Below are positions 27,223 to 41,489 of a DNA stretch of 64,000 nt, in pieces. Under the pieces are notes generated by a model that saw only the letters and a list, made by a program, of their open reading frames with translations, was not told the origin of the DNA and did no database searches. Positions within the stretch are counted from its first letter, which is position 1. The number at the start of each line of letters is the position of its first letter. Origin of the DNA: Octopus sinensis (taxonomy: Eukaryota); contig NC_043012.1 in assembly GCF_006345805.1 (NCBI RefSeq), forward strand, positions 46,128,001 through 46,192,000, given 5' to 3'. The translations under genes and the position numbers were made by a program.

Positions 27223-30200
27223 TATATATGCATATGCACATATATGTGTGTGTGCTTCAGTGTGTGTGGGTGTGTGTGTATCTATATACCTACCTACATA
27301 CATATATGTATATACACAACCTATTCGTTAAACTTCAAGCAAGATAAACCTGAAGATTGCTTAGAACGTGAAACACTGCAATTTGTTTCAAGTCTCCGTT
27401 ATTCAATAGCATGATGTGGTAGGAGCTTCAAGGAAATAGAAATTTTGAAAGGGAATCCCATTTTTTCATCTTACCTTTATTTTAAAGGCTTATTATTGCT
27501 TTAACTTATCGCTATGCTAGAATTAAGAAACGTTTTGAGAAACTGAAGCTATTGTTATGAGTTGACTATACCATTTTTATTATTGACGATTAAAATAAGA
27601 GAAATAAAGATTTGAGGAAGTATATTTAATTCCTGGGTCTGTTGTGCGCACGAACTTGTATCTCAGTTGAAAATGAATGAAATATTTAACCATTTTTTGA
27701 GAACTTACTAAAAAATTAGACTTTGAATAGCATTAGTATCGATGAGCGTGTTAGAAATAATTGAAATTGTTTAATCACCTCATGATGTAGAATAAAGACC
27801 AAACAAATTTGATAATCATATTCATGAAATTTTATGTAATAAAACTTATTACTGACAAGGAAGGTGAAGTTCGAAACTCTCTATAATACTGTTATTATTA
27901 GAACTACAAACTGTAAGTTCAAGGCGGATATAGACCTTGGTCATAAAAATGTATCTCACAGACACATTTTTCAGGAAACAAATTTGTAGTTTTTGAAGAG
28001 AAGTCGATTAATCTTATATCTATCGAATGGTTTTATCACTCGTTGTCAATATATCTCTTTACATGAGTAATATGAATGTCATAACGTTCCATTTCTTATT
28101 AAATACGAATATACTTTGTGGGAAACACGCATGAAATTGTTATTTGGTCATAAAGCATATGATCAGTTGACTTTCAAATAATCTTGACACGCATGTGCAC
28201 ACACAATCACACGCTCACACCTACACACATATTTATGCATATATGTGTGCATCTATGCTGTATGCGTGTGAGTGTGAGTGTGCGTGTGTGTGTATATGTA
28301 AATATATAAAAGTTTTATGTGTTTTCACGTTTAAATTAATCCACATTCTTTCATGTGAATCAGATTTATTACAGTTTGAATATTGATATTATAATATAAC
28401 TATGCTGTAAGTTATTGGATTTGGAAAAAAAATTGCTCATACATGTACATCATCAACTTTCTGATACCGATTCATCGTGTACAATAGCGAAATGCATGTG
28501 CAATAACATATTGTTGATTTGAAATATTCAATATTTGAAGAGAAAGGTCAATTGTGACTGTAAAAAAAAACTCACTAATCACTAAGGGTTCTGCAGTCAC
28601 CGTTCTGAAAAGTCAGTTGCTGCAAGAAGATGAACAACATTTTATTTCAATCACTAAGGATCACTGTTCACCATCTGACCATGTTCTCTCTTCTCTCACC
28701 ATCGTTTCTTGCTACCATAGCTACCATAATGGTCACTGTACCTCGTAGATAGATGGAATCACACTTGCTCTACTCAGATACTCCCAAATGTCTCGTTAAT
28801 CCATCTGCGGTGACACTTCCTGTCCCACTATTCAGATATCTTCCATCATTGGCCATCTGGAATGTCCTCACTCATCACGTGTTGACTTGCAACTTTTTAA
28901 AGGAATATTAATGGGATTGAGATCACCAGCTTGTTCTATCCTGTTCAGTTCTTTAGACTAAGTAAGTAAGCAACTAACGTAAAACAATTTACAATGTTTC
29001 CAAATAGCAATTCACTTGCTCCGCCTTTTCCAATCAACAATTATAAATGTCATAACAGAAAATTAACATGAATTAAACTGTTGTGAAAGGGTAAACATAA
29101 CCATGACACAGGTGTTTATTAAGGATAATATCTTTATTAAGGAGAATGTTTTAATGAAACCTGACGGTATAACCTTTCTTTTGTAATATGTTTTTCTGTA
29201 TTTTTAAGAATTGCCCGTAATCAATCAATTTTACATTCCAGTGACTGCTCTTTCGATCAATTATTCTTGTACGTTCACCTATTTTGGCCTACTTGTATTT
29301 CGAGCAACTGTTCAGATATATGGACACTAAACCTATTGCAACACAGGGGCTAGCACCAAATGATGGTACCTTAAGTATTAACTAGTTAACAGGATTTGAT
29401 TGGCAATTAAGTAAGTCAAATTTAATAGGGTTAAAATCTGCGTCCACAAAAGTGAAGATAAGAATAATTTATATAAATGGTAACTGCGAATACCTCTATG
29501 AGACTGCATAGAATGAAATATTCCCACTCAAACATTTCAATCATGATGTGTATTTGGAATACGATTTGTGATTAAATTGACAATTAGTGTAATAGATTTA
29601 CTATTTTTATACCTGCTCTTGCAGAGAGAAGCAAACTATTACTGTGTGGACATTTTAATACTTTCAACTATAAATCGATCTAATAACTAAGGTATGAAAA
29701 TTGCCTCTTACACTTATTTTGACTTCTATTAACCTACCATCTGTTCTGCTTTTCTGCTTTGATAGAAAATATTCTCTCAATCCATATGTAAATATAACGA
29801 CAAGGTTGAATTTATGGATTAAAATTAGGCTACACTTAGTTCATATAAAGATAGGTGACACGCAATATAAGACGCATTACATTATATATATATATATATA
29901 TATATGCTCATGTTTTGTGTTCTATTTTCCTGTTATTATCATGAAATATCTATGTATCTATGTATCTATCTATCTCCTTTTCTCTCTCTATCTCTCTCTC
30001 TTCATACATAAATACATACATACATGCATGTATACATACCCAGATAACCTGGGGAGTGGTATGAAATGTAAAATAATCATAGGTCTATGTTTCGGAATGT
30101 ATTAAGCAGACCATCAGTGTGCCTGACAGCATAGACTTAGAAAGAGAATGAGAAATTTTAAAGAAATATAATAAGCTTTTGCTCCAAAATAATTGACATT

Positions 30201-32684
30201 AATTATATTGTGGTACACTGTCTGACAAAAATTTGGGAGTGTACTTCGGTGGGTTCTTATAAATTCAAGCGTTCACATGCACGAATTTTTTTATTGATAG
30301 TGAGATAAACATAAGGTGGTTAAACCATGAATGGTTGTAGATATCATAATGATCTTGACATTTTCCCTAGACAAATCAATATGTATCAATTAATACCTAC
30401 TGATGATTATCATTTGCTTTGTACTGTTATAGTAAAACTTATCCATCTATATGAGATTGAAATACTAGACATCACACTGAAATGTTTAACACGTACATAC
30501 AAGCAGATAAATAAATAAATGAATAAAAAGATCGCATCAATAGAAAGTTGCATAATTCAAGATTGAGCAGTAATAAAAAATGTGAAATATTTGAAGACAA
30601 ATATAGCTTGAAGTAGAGTGTTATAAGAATAGACATTTATTCATAGTGATCCCAGTTGCAAGTGAAAATTTATAATATGGCTTCACACGCAGGACAATTA
30701 ATTACACTCGTAACCGAGGATTTCTGAATATTCATAAGTGTTCGTCTTCCAAGTAAAAATCTATTGACTTCAGGTCTTTCATTACAATTACCATATACTC
30801 TCTTATTTACACAGTTCCCGGGGTCTTAGTAAGTTAATTAACATCAGCCGCACGAACATCACTTAGAAAGTCTTCAAGGCTGGCTAATTTTAATTCATCA
30901 ATTTTGACGTTAGATAGTGCTAATATAGGTTATTGTGCTAATAGCAGGTCATAATGATACCATTTCCTGGAACGATTTTCTTCACCACAAATGATTATTC
31001 AGTCTCGCCATGGGTCGGACGTAAGCTTAATTACCGTCTGCTTTAGGGTTAGGGTTAAGTTCAAATAATGGCAGAATTACTTATAGGTGATCGTTTAAAG
31101 TTTAAGAAGTAGTAACAGTAAATCAATATATTCGAAATAGTTTTATCAGTGCTATTTCTCTAATGTTCATTCTGGTTATATGGAAGTTCTATACTCGCTT
31201 GCATCGAGGCATCTCTTTAATATAGTTAGTTTTATGTGAGTAGCGTATATATTCGGGGACATTAAGGAATTGCATCTGTGGAGATTGTAAATCTACGCAT
31301 ATAAGAAAATGTAATCTCTTGTATTACAGAAATGTGTCATATAACATCTTCGGAATTGTAGAGCTGTTGATTAACTCTTTATATTTTGAACCGGAATCTC
31401 GAACACGATTTGGTATTATTTTTCCAAGCTACCGGTTTGTGCCTGGCCTTAATTGAAAGTCAGACTAGTCGACCATAACCATCCAGCGCAGAATATTGAC
31501 TAAGCACTGTTGAATATTCTCAATTTATTTATTTATTTGTTACACTTTTATAGCAATGTTCCACTTAAGGGTGACACTTTTGTGCTACAATGGCAAAGGT
31601 ATTAATTGCTGGCAATGGCAAGTGTATCAGGTAAAAATGAACACACACACACGCAATATACTAATGCTATGCATAAACGCTATCAATGTGGCTTAATAGT
31701 GTTACTGTGTGTATAAATATATTTGCAATTAAATATTATTTAATTTCAGTCGTATCCTATTTTGGAGATCATAATTACTGCAAAGAAACTTTAGCAACTT
31801 TGAGAAATTAGGGGTGCTTTGTGGTGTTTACACATATTAGAAGTAGCAACCAAATTTCCTGAAAATCCTACCTATAGACCCAAGTGGTGGGCATATTGGA
31901 TATGAATCCGGCTCCACTGCACAAAAAGAAAAACACTCCAAGATGCACTTACGCTATATATTGAAAACGAAATCATGTGTCAATATTTTTGTGCTTGAAA
32001 AAATTTTCAATATCAAAAAAGAGCTTAGTTACGATAAGTTATGTTTAAATGATGACTAAATAAGTGGTTAGTGGGTTATATGCATCATTATATGAAAGGT
32101 TAAAACTGGTTATTTCAGACTTACTATTCTTAGCGTCAGTAGGAGAAAAAGCTACCATCGTAGGATCCAACATAAAATTTTAATTCAAGAAGTAATCTGG
32201 ATATACTGGGAAGAGTTAAATTAAAGACAGAGGAAGGTTGTATGACAAATAAATCTTACGTGAGTATAATTTACAAAGCAAGAATCTATGGATAGAATAT
32301 AAACTCATCCAACGTAATCCAGGTGCATTAAAAACGATACAAGAATCGTTTAATCATGAAAAAGTGACACTAATTACAAGCATTTTCTAAATTCTTAGCT
32401 ATCACTGCTTACATTAAACCTCACAGATACTGGATTATATGAGGCCAACAAATTCATAATGTATTGAGATAAGATAACAGAAAGATTTTAAAATTGGTTT
32501 ATGGACATTGAGAATGTTTTCGCACGCATGAATCTATGAATGTCTATGATATATACATGCATAAAAATATACATAATCATACACACCTATATTTCTATCT
32601 ATCTATCTATCTGTCTATACATATATACATATATATATACATATACATATATACTTATATACATAGACATATACATATATAGAT

Positions 32685-32741
<57 letters not shown>

Positions 32742-32744
32742 TAT

Positions 32745-33580
32745 ACCCATAAATCAATAAATGGAGTTGAACGCATATGTTATTCAAATTCTTTTACTTC
32801 CGACACATGTTTCGAAGACATCATTGGTATTATTCCAAAGGAATAGAATAATGTAAAACAATGTAATCTTCTCTTCAGGTGAATGAAGAAATAAAACAAA
32901 CTCTTCAATAAGATTTTAACAGAATATGGATATGTATGGTGATGAACAGATAAAGTTACCTAAATCAATTCCATTCAATCTTATTCTAACTTTGGTAATG
33001 TAGATATGAAATCTACTTGTAAGGATATAAATGATATCAATTTTAATTCGTACTCCAACACCAAACTGAGGAAGGTAAATTGATGTCTTTTAAAGATAGT
33101 TACACTGAAAGTAAGGCAACCGATAGCAAAACTATTTGGTTGAATATTCCTTATGGGAGGCAAATTAATTCTAATCTTTCTTTCCAGTTTCGGGAAGCTA
33201 TTATTAGGAATTTTCCAAAGAATTTTAGATATTACTCTAATATGAATTCGCTTCACGGTTAGGGTAGGTTTTTCCAATATAAAAAAAACTCTTACAAATT
33301 ATCTCCTCACATAATATTACTCTATTAAATAAACCTCAATTTACTAATACTAACATTAATTTAGCTAATAACCCCCCCCCCCGCCGAAATATTTAAAAGT
33401 AGGTTATTGTCTCTGAAATCAATTCCAACAGAATTAAGCTTATGTCTAGTAATTCTAAGATTAAAACTCTATATACCAGTGTTAAATTACTTTAGGTACC
33501 AATGTCTTTTTATATATTGGTAATTCTTCTTCTCAGTTATCTAAAAGAATTTCTAATCATTACTCTACATTGTTACTGTT
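32745..33580 (+). mobile_element. Decayed Neptune-type Penelope-like element with inverted HHR arm
   Basis: IWLNIPYG..INSNL..QF..AI.RNFPK linker (ORF 33080..33262) and YIGNSSSQLSKRISNHYST (GIY-YIG second motif) on +; family A HHR on - upstream. Confidence 0.65.
32798..32883 (-). ncRNA. Type I hammerhead ribozyme motif (family A)
   Basis: RC reads ttc(a)c CTGAAGA gaagat...tgtcttc GAAAC atgt GTC ggaa. Stem I has a 1-nt bulge. Confidence 0.65.
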
Positions 33581-36500
33581 TTTGTTGAATAAAAGTTGTT
33601 GTAAAAAGGCTGCAATAATTATGCACCAAACTAATAATTAGCATATTGAAAATACAATCTATAACTAGAAGACTAAAAATACGTAAGACTTTTCTCAAGT
33701 TTTAAAGGTAACATTGTTTTATGTTTTCTACCTTCCAAAGATGGCGATTTTTACCAGCTCCTTCCTCAAAACAAGAATTTAAACTATTAAAAGCAGAGGA
33801 TATATACATGCATGTATATACTCTGTATATATGTGTGTGTGTATATATAACTTGCAATGCACCATGCTTTAGGGATTCTCATCAATATAATAGGTAAAAG
33901 AATGAATTCAACCTTCACACCAGCTCGATTTCATTACAGTTGAAATATAAGAGCAATAACTTTTCGTCTTATTATTGCACTCAGTAGCAGTTTATGATAG
34001 AACTTCACGTCTGACGCATTAATGGATCTTTGTCAGATTTTCTTCATATTTCTTGTTTATTCTGAAGTGTAAATAACTGAAGGTAAAATTCAATTTAAAT
34101 CAGGCATAAATTTACTAATTTTCAACTGAATCCAGTGTTAGACAGTAGCGTTAGTAGCTGTGAAATGTATTTATAGCAGCAAAAGCAGATTATATACATC
34201 ATTACTTGGTGATTCAATCATTTACATTGGTATTAAGGTACAGCCTTATTTACATGAATTGTCTACATTCTGCACGTAACATAAACATGCGTACTATATC
34301 GTGCAAGATACATAAAGGAGACATGCGTATTACTAGTATCTCGTTCGTATGCACTCGGAAGTGATTCCGATTATGAATTAATAGGGAATCTATTCGTCAA
34401 TATTCATGTTTTATGCTCGCACACACGCTCACTCACATACTCATATTCCCTATGTGTGTATGTGTGTATGTCTGTGTGTGTGTTAAATGGTACATCAGTT
34501 GTGTCTTTCGTACACATTAACAGACTCCGACGTCGTTTGTTTGCAAGAGGCAATCCTTGCAACTGCTTACGCTGAATTTGAGAAAGGATATTTTGAAATG
34601 GTCAAAGCACAATTGTACAGCCAAAGATTTTCGAATTTTTCACAAGAAAATGTTTCTGCTGGCACTTTCAGATAAGTCCCAAGTGTTTACGATTGTAGCT
34701 TTTAATAAATATAGAGCAGCCTATGTTCGAAAGTCTTTATAACTTCAATCTACGCTGAATGTTTCAGTTCAGAGACCTCTTTCCATAAAGATGGCTGTGA
34801 AGCAATTTGCGTTACGAATAACTCACGTTAGAAACAATTTATTTCATACCTTAATATATTAAAGGTTCTCATGATACATTTCTCACACAGTCGGATGGTA
34901 GTTATAGTAGTTTAGAAGACTAGTTGTTCAGTATAACAACAGAAGTAAGAAGTAATTGCTACATCTCCTGGAGATTCAACGCTTGCTATTAATCAAATAC
35001 TCGTTCGAGATAATTGACTAAACCCACTACTCAAAATGTTGGCCTTGTATAATTAGAAAAAAATATAGTTAAACGACATAAAATTATAACATACTGTGTT
35101 TTATGTCAATATTTTGTTGATCATAATATTACTGATTGAATTTATTTTATAAATTGTAAAATTTATGAATATATATTATTATTTCTTAGCCCTAGGTTCA
35201 AAATAATATAGGAGAACATAATAGAAATTTGTTTCATGTTTATAGTCTCATCTTTTTGGGGTACTTCTTGGTCTTTATTATCTAACATATCCTGTCAACA
35301 GTAGAAAGGGTCTTTTAAAACAGCGTTTGGGTGCAATTTTTAACAGGTCGAATGACTTTGTAGAAACTGTTTAGCTGTCTCGTGTAATTACATCTCATGT
35401 GCCCTCACATCCAACAACGTATTAATAATACCACTTTATAACAAGTTATACTTCAACCAGCATGCATATTTATGGACGTTACTAGCGAAATAAAATGACC
35501 TTATTGCTCTGTGTCATAACTGTAAATGTATTGCTTGACTTTTAAGTGTTTGTTGCGTTTATCCACGTGTATATATTTTATTTGATGAAGTCGTGTGAAT
35601 CATTTAGTATATAAGGTGTCATGTATTACATGTCTCTTCAAACCAAATTTTAGTCCACATTAATGTCTTTGGCTCTTTAACGCACGATATATTATGTTAT
35701 GTACAAGAAATGTGCAAATTGAAGTCATCTTTATTACTTTTACTAATTACTGCATACTTACACGAAGTTTCTCCTGCTTTTCACATATTTTCCTTTGACT
35801 GTGATAAGGTTAATTGAGGGCTTTGCACAATAACAGATTGGTGCTTGCTGAATTCATTTATTTTATTTATGTTAGACAGCTCATATGATTCATTAATATA
35901 TTTTATTTCCTTTTCACCTCTTTTATATATATATTCACAGACCGTTCATTCGTTAATGTTAGTTGACATTCGGTGTCAGCAATATGATTATAAGGATATA
36001 CATTTATGTCACCTACTGTGTTGTGCCTTTCTATTATTTGCAATGCCATCAATTATTTCAGCTTGGCTTTGATGTGGATGCTGATGTAAATATTTATTTA
36101 AGGATTGCAGAACCGAATTCTCACTCTTTCCCTCCCTCCTCTCCTCCTTTCTATTTCTCTTTCTCTTTCTCTCTCTTTCTATCTAACATGTCTATTTTCT
36201 GGACTGTCTATGATACAAAATCTTCTCTCTAATGAATATGGATATTTTTCTCTGTGTGTAATATTCTGTTCAATGGACATTAGAATTACAGATGCAAGAC
36301 CTATTATATTTTAAAGTTGTTCTCACTTTATAAGAACGACAATTTTAAGTATATTTCTCAAATTTAACCATTCATATGTTTAAACATAATTCATACATTT
36401 AAATAGTAATATTTTATATATGTCGGAATCCTTAAGGTGTGTAGATATAATTGTGATATTTCATATTTCAAAAATATCATAGACTTTCACTTAATATAGA

Positions 36501-36687
36501 GAATATTTAACAGTGTATGTATTACTCTCTTCTGAAAGCTGGTGACATGTGAATATGCCAGCTGGTGACAGACAATGATATAGTAGCAAGTGACAGTAAG
36601 GGTAATAAGTCCATTTACGAAACGGGGGTACATGATTATACCATACACATTTGCAAGTCAGAGATAGGTGGTTGAAGCTATTATATA

Positions 36688-37788
36688 CGAGGTTAAGTCA
36701 AAAATTATTCATGATCTTGGTTTTGTAATTCATTACAACAAAAGCAGAAGTTGAAAAATTCCACTATTTTCGTACTTAACCGCCATGCTTTTCGATGTAC
36801 TCTTCCAGAAGTTTGCAAGCTTCTTCATGATATTGGAGAAGGTTTGTGACTGGTGGTGCAGCCATTTAGGTACCGCTTCCTGCATTTATTCGTCTGTGGT
36901 AAATCAACGACATCGTAAATGATGTTTGACCGGTTCAAAGAGGTAATAGTCAGAATGCACGAGATATGGATTGTACGCAGGCTGTTATAGTTATTCGAAA
37001 CCCAAATTATCAATAGATAAATCTTCCTTAGAGAAAAGATTTCGGCGTTTGGTGCGAATTGCTGGTTTCAGTTCCCTGGCCATAGTTCATTGTTGTTTAC
37101 ACCGGTAGCTGTAGACCTTTTTTCCGTGTAATGTTCCAGTATAGGCCCTTCTGCGTGCAAATTTTGGTTTGCATCAATTTTCCTCCGGAAGGTTGTGTCT
37201 CGTAATTCTTCTGTCTCGGACTCTTCCGCTTTTTTTTTTACTCAATACTCTACTGTTCGGATGCTGACTCAAAGTGGTAGCCGTGGGTCTCATCTGTGAC
37301 TATTCTCTCCCAAATCGTTTTGCTTTTATCGTTGTAGCGATGGAGTAAGCGCTGACAGATCTTCACTTGATTGCGCTTATGTGATTCGGTAAGTTCTCTT
37401 CGCACAGATTTTACGGAACCAAACGTTGCAGATTATTTCGTATGCAGAATAATTACTAATATGCAGAGACTACGCGATCTCATCGATTGTTAATCGTCGC
37501 TTAGCCAGATTCCTTAATCAAGTTTGTTAGTTGTTTACGTCAGTGGTGAAGGTTGGTGGTGTCCAGCTCCCTCTTTGTTCATCACGGTTGTCAGGCTACT
37601 CAGGCCAACTCTAGGAGGTAAAGCGCTTCCCCCATATTGTACGTAATGCTTGCGCTGAATTTCACTCACTGGCACACGCTCACATCACAGAAATCGGACC
37701 ACTAATCTCTCACACTTGTTAGACTTCCAGGAGAACAGCTTTGTTTAATCTTTTTGCGAAAGGGCAGATAACTTTTGGCTTAATCTTG
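36688..37788 (-). mobile_element. Decayed mariner (DD34D-type) transposon
   Basis: Imperfect TIRs TA|cgaggttaagtcaaaaattat and ataacttttggcttaatcttg|TA. RC translates as WERIVTDETHGYHFES..Q and PAYNPYLVHSDYYLFEPVKHHL (consensus IVTGDETW and PYSPDLAPSD). Confidence 0.9.
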
Positions 37789-37845
37789 TACATACACGCA
37801 CACTTTCAGGCACATACACGCACACCTACATACATACATACATAC

Positions 37846-37893
<48 letters not shown>

Positions 37894-38114
37894 ATATATA
37901 TATTAAGGTATGTAGAAAAATACACATGGACAAGAACGTATGACTCAAAGAAGACGACACAATAAACATGGACAGGACATTCGAACCCCTCAGTCTTCAG
38001 TCAAGAACCGGAACATCGTAGTAATTTCGGCTGATTAATCTTGAGATTACTAGATCACGGCCAGCCCTCCAAGAAAAACTAAGCAACGAGCATTAGAAAA
38101 ACTAAGCTGGATAT

Positions 38115-38176
<62 letters not shown>

Positions 38177-38261
38177 TTTATATTTTTCTCTTCTTTTTTT
38201 CTCTCCTTTTTTGTCTCCTTTTTTTCTTTCCTAGTTTCTCTCCTTGTTTTTTCTGTGTCCC

Positions 38262-38295
38262 TTTCTGTAGAAGAGCGTAGGCTCGAAACGTAAAA
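38262..38295 (+). ncRNA. Hammerhead-like motif, family B variant
   Basis: ttt CTGTAGA A GAGC gtag GCTC GAAACGTA aaa. Confidence 0.55.
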
Positions 38296-38405
38296 TACTT
38301 TTTCTATTCCTGAGCTTTATACTAATACATCTGTTTGTTTTGTACACCACCTGTCTTCGTCTTTTGTTGTTTTTTTTTGTAAACACTCCCTATATATATA
38401 TATAT

Positions 38406-39056
38406 GAGGTATAAACAGTAGCTGCACGACAATGTGAAGTATATTTGTCACTTAAATGTGGCTAAAAACTAACGGTGGATGCTACTGTAGATTGTAGCCC
38501 CAGGAGAATATCTTCTCCAGATGGCTATTGACGCACTTTCTGTACCCTATCAGTATTTGCAAAGGGAAGCCGTCCTTCCCATCGTCGACCTGATATGATA
38601 CGCACGGACCCTGGTTTCTGCGTATTTTCCTGTCGTCGGCGCACGACAATCATCGGTCTTCGATGCGAAGGAGTTCCAATGCAAATACATCAATCCTTTT
38701 TCAAGTGACGAAGTGTCACTGATCTTGAAAAAGTGTAAACAAGCAATAATAAATCTCTGAACGAGGTATAAACGGTAGCTGCACGGCAATGTGAAGTATA
38801 TTTGGCACTTAAAATTGGCTAACCACTAATCCCTTCGTAAATACTGATAGGGCACAGAAAGTGAGTCAATAGCCAACTGGAGAAGATGTTCTCCCGGGGC
38901 TACAAACTACAGTAGCATCCACCCTTAATGGTTAGCCACATTTAAGTGGCAAATATAGTTCACATTGTCGTGCAGCTACTGTTTCTACCTCATTCAGAGA
39001 TTTATTATTGGTTGTTTCCACTTTTTCAAGATCAGTCACTTTTCGTCACATCTATG
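38406..39056. mobile_element. Diverged relative of the 352-bp retrozyme repeat, arranged as a fold-back
   Basis: Period 357 (gaggtataaac at 38406 and 38763). 38406-38566 is inverted against 38831-38991. Decayed HHR on - at 38602-38644. Confidence 0.75.
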
Positions 39057-39059
39057 TTA

Positions 39060-39499
39060 ACATAGGGTGGTATAGGGTTTGTAGTTTACAAGTTCAATTG
39101 CCATTTTTCTCATAAATTTGGTTGGATCTTTTAGGATTTTTGATTTGAGAGCTTTAATAAAAGCTTTGGTTCTTTTTTTGTTGATTCCTCCACTTCCAGG
39201 CTACCTTGTAATAGTTTTGCTCATAGTCATTCTATTCTTTACATTATAAATAGTCTTTATGGACACTCCAGCTATTCTTGAAATCTTCTTTGGTGTGATG
39301 ACTGCATTCAGCAAATCACATACTCTTTGACGTTTGCTTTCCTGATTACTCATATCGGCAAAAGTTTCTGAAAAAGTAAGCATAATAGTGTTAGGTATGA
39401 TTATGGCATCAATATATGATAGGTTTCAAAACAATTGACTTAGTGCCTGCTGAGAAAAAACAACTTAACTTTCATAGTAAATTTTGCTTCCCCACCCTG
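39060..39499 (-). mobile_element. Tc1-family (maT/DD37D-like) transposon 5' fragment
   Basis: End reads TA|CAGGGTGGGG. ORF 39201..39383 is HTH-like (KKISRIAGVSIKTIYNVK), followed by PGSGG...KILKDPTKFMRKMAIEL. Confidence 0.7.
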
Positions 39500-39572
39500 T
39501 ATACATACATACATACATACATACAAACATACATACATACATACATACATACATGCATACATACATACATAA

Positions 39573-39609
<37 letters not shown>

Positions 39610-40334
39610 CTTAAATTATAATTAAGGGTAATTAAGAGATACCACCATGCTTGAAATGCCAGCAAAAACTTGACTCTAAAGTCATATTAAATGTTCATAC
39701 AGCACCAGGATAGAAGACAAAGAGACAAAAGAAACAAAATATTACTGGATAATTCCAGATCCCGGATTCTGGCTCTGCATAAGAAATGCATCAGTGTAAT
39801 ATACGCAGAATGTAAGGAAAATACGCGACTTCGTTGAAAAAGTCCTTCCCGCAAGCAAATTAAATAAAAAATGGGATTTTTTGCGGAGGGTGAAAGTGGT
39901 AAAAAAAAAAGGACAGTAAGAACAAGACAGTAAAAGCAATCGGTGAGGGCTGCCAAGGCAAGACGTGAACAATTATGAATATTAGAAAGACGAGCTATGA
40001 GAAGAGACAGGTAAAAGCAGACATTGTTTTTACGAAGGAAGTGAAAAAAAGAAAATAGATCATCTTTCGTCACGTGTCAGCGACGGGAGAGTCAAGGAGG
40101 AAGAGTGAGTGAGAGAGAGAGGGAACGGTGAAGAGGAGAGGAGAATGGAAGGAAAGAAAACAGAAAGGAAGAAGAACAAGAAAGGGAGATATATAGAGAG
40201 AGAATAGATAGAAGAGGTAGGAGAAGAGTGTGCATCGTAATTATTAGGATAAAACTTAGTTGGAAAAGGATGCGTGGCGTTCGATCATATAATAATATAA
40301 ATAACATATAAATATATGCAAATATACATACATA

Positions 40335-40496
40335 GGCGCAGGAGTGGCTGTGTGGTCAGTAGCTTGTTTAACAACCACATGGCTCCGGGTTCAGTCCACT
40401 GCATGGCGCCTTGGCCAAGTGTCTTCTGCTATACCCTCTGGCCGACCAAAGCCTTATGAATGGATTTGGTAGACGGAAACTGAAATAAGCCCGTCG

Positions 40497-40527
<31 letters not shown>

Positions 40528-40762
40528 TATATAGATATGTGTGTATATATAATATGTGTGTGTGTGTCTGTGTTTGTCTCTCCCCACATCGCTTGACAAC
40601 CGATGTTGGTGTGTTTACGTCCCTGTAATTTAGCGGTTCGGCAAGAGAGACCGAAAGAATAAGTACTAGGCTTACAAGGAATAAGTCCTGGCATCGATTT
40701 ACTCGAATAAAAGGCGGTGCTCCAGCATGGCCACAGTCAAATTACTGAAACATGTAAAAGAG
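40335..40762 (+). mobile_element. tRNA-type SINE family 1, full-length with central microsatellite
   Basis: ggcgcaggagtggctgtgtggt (A-box-like) ... ccgggttcagtcc (B-box-like) ... core ... (TA)n(TG)n ... tail. Partial copies at about 41267-41430 (+), 43228-43520 (+) and 44285-44430 (-). Confidence 0.8.
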
Positions 40763-40969
40763 TGCATATATGTACGTACATACATATATCTATGAATAAA
40801 TATATGCATATATGGGTACAGGACATAAAATAAACGTGGACACAATGAGTAACGAAAACATAAAAGCTAAAACTTAGCCTTACACAGACACACACACACA
40901 GACAAATACACAGACACAGACAGACACACACACACACACAACACACACACACAACACACACACACACAC

Positions 40970-41038
<69 letters not shown>

Positions 41039-41233
41039 ATATATATATAATGATAGATCGGTAGCTGCTACACATTCAATATTTTCTCTCCTTGTTCCTG
41101 TCTGTGTTCCTTTCTTTGGAAGAGCATTAGCCCGAAAGGTTAAAGACTTTTTCACTTTCAGGGCGTTCAACTAATATATATGTCTGTTGTCTACACCATG
41201 TGTCTTCACCTTTTTCTTTTGTGAATTCTCCCT

Positions 41234-41268
<35 letters not shown>

Positions 41269-41428
41269 CACAGGAGTGACCGTGCGGTAAAGAAGCTTGC
41301 TTCTCATACACGTTGTTCCGTGTTCAGTCTCTCTACGTGGCCCTTTCGGCAAGGGTCTTCTACTCTAGCCTCGGACCTACCATAGCCTTGTAAGTGGATT
41401 TGGTAGACTGAAACAGAAAGAAGGCCGT

Positions 41429-41469
<41 letters not shown>

Positions 41470-41489
<20 letters not shown>

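Noticed and set aside
27475-27516. Strong-looking splice sites on the minus strand around a 42-nt segment
   Set aside because: Stops in all three frames. It shows that exon-like signals arise by chance here.
31044-31057. ttagggttagggtt telomere-like motif
   Set aside because: Only about two units, not an interstitial telomere array.
34487-34794. DVVCLQE (EEP-like motif) on + and HLYGKRSLN* (neuropeptide-like amidation site) on -
   Set aside because: Each is a 7-9 residue coincidence with no surrounding family similarity.
37965-38010. CTGAAGA...GAATGTC on the minus strand as a possible HHR
   Set aside because: GAAA is incomplete, and stems I and II do not pair; not counted.
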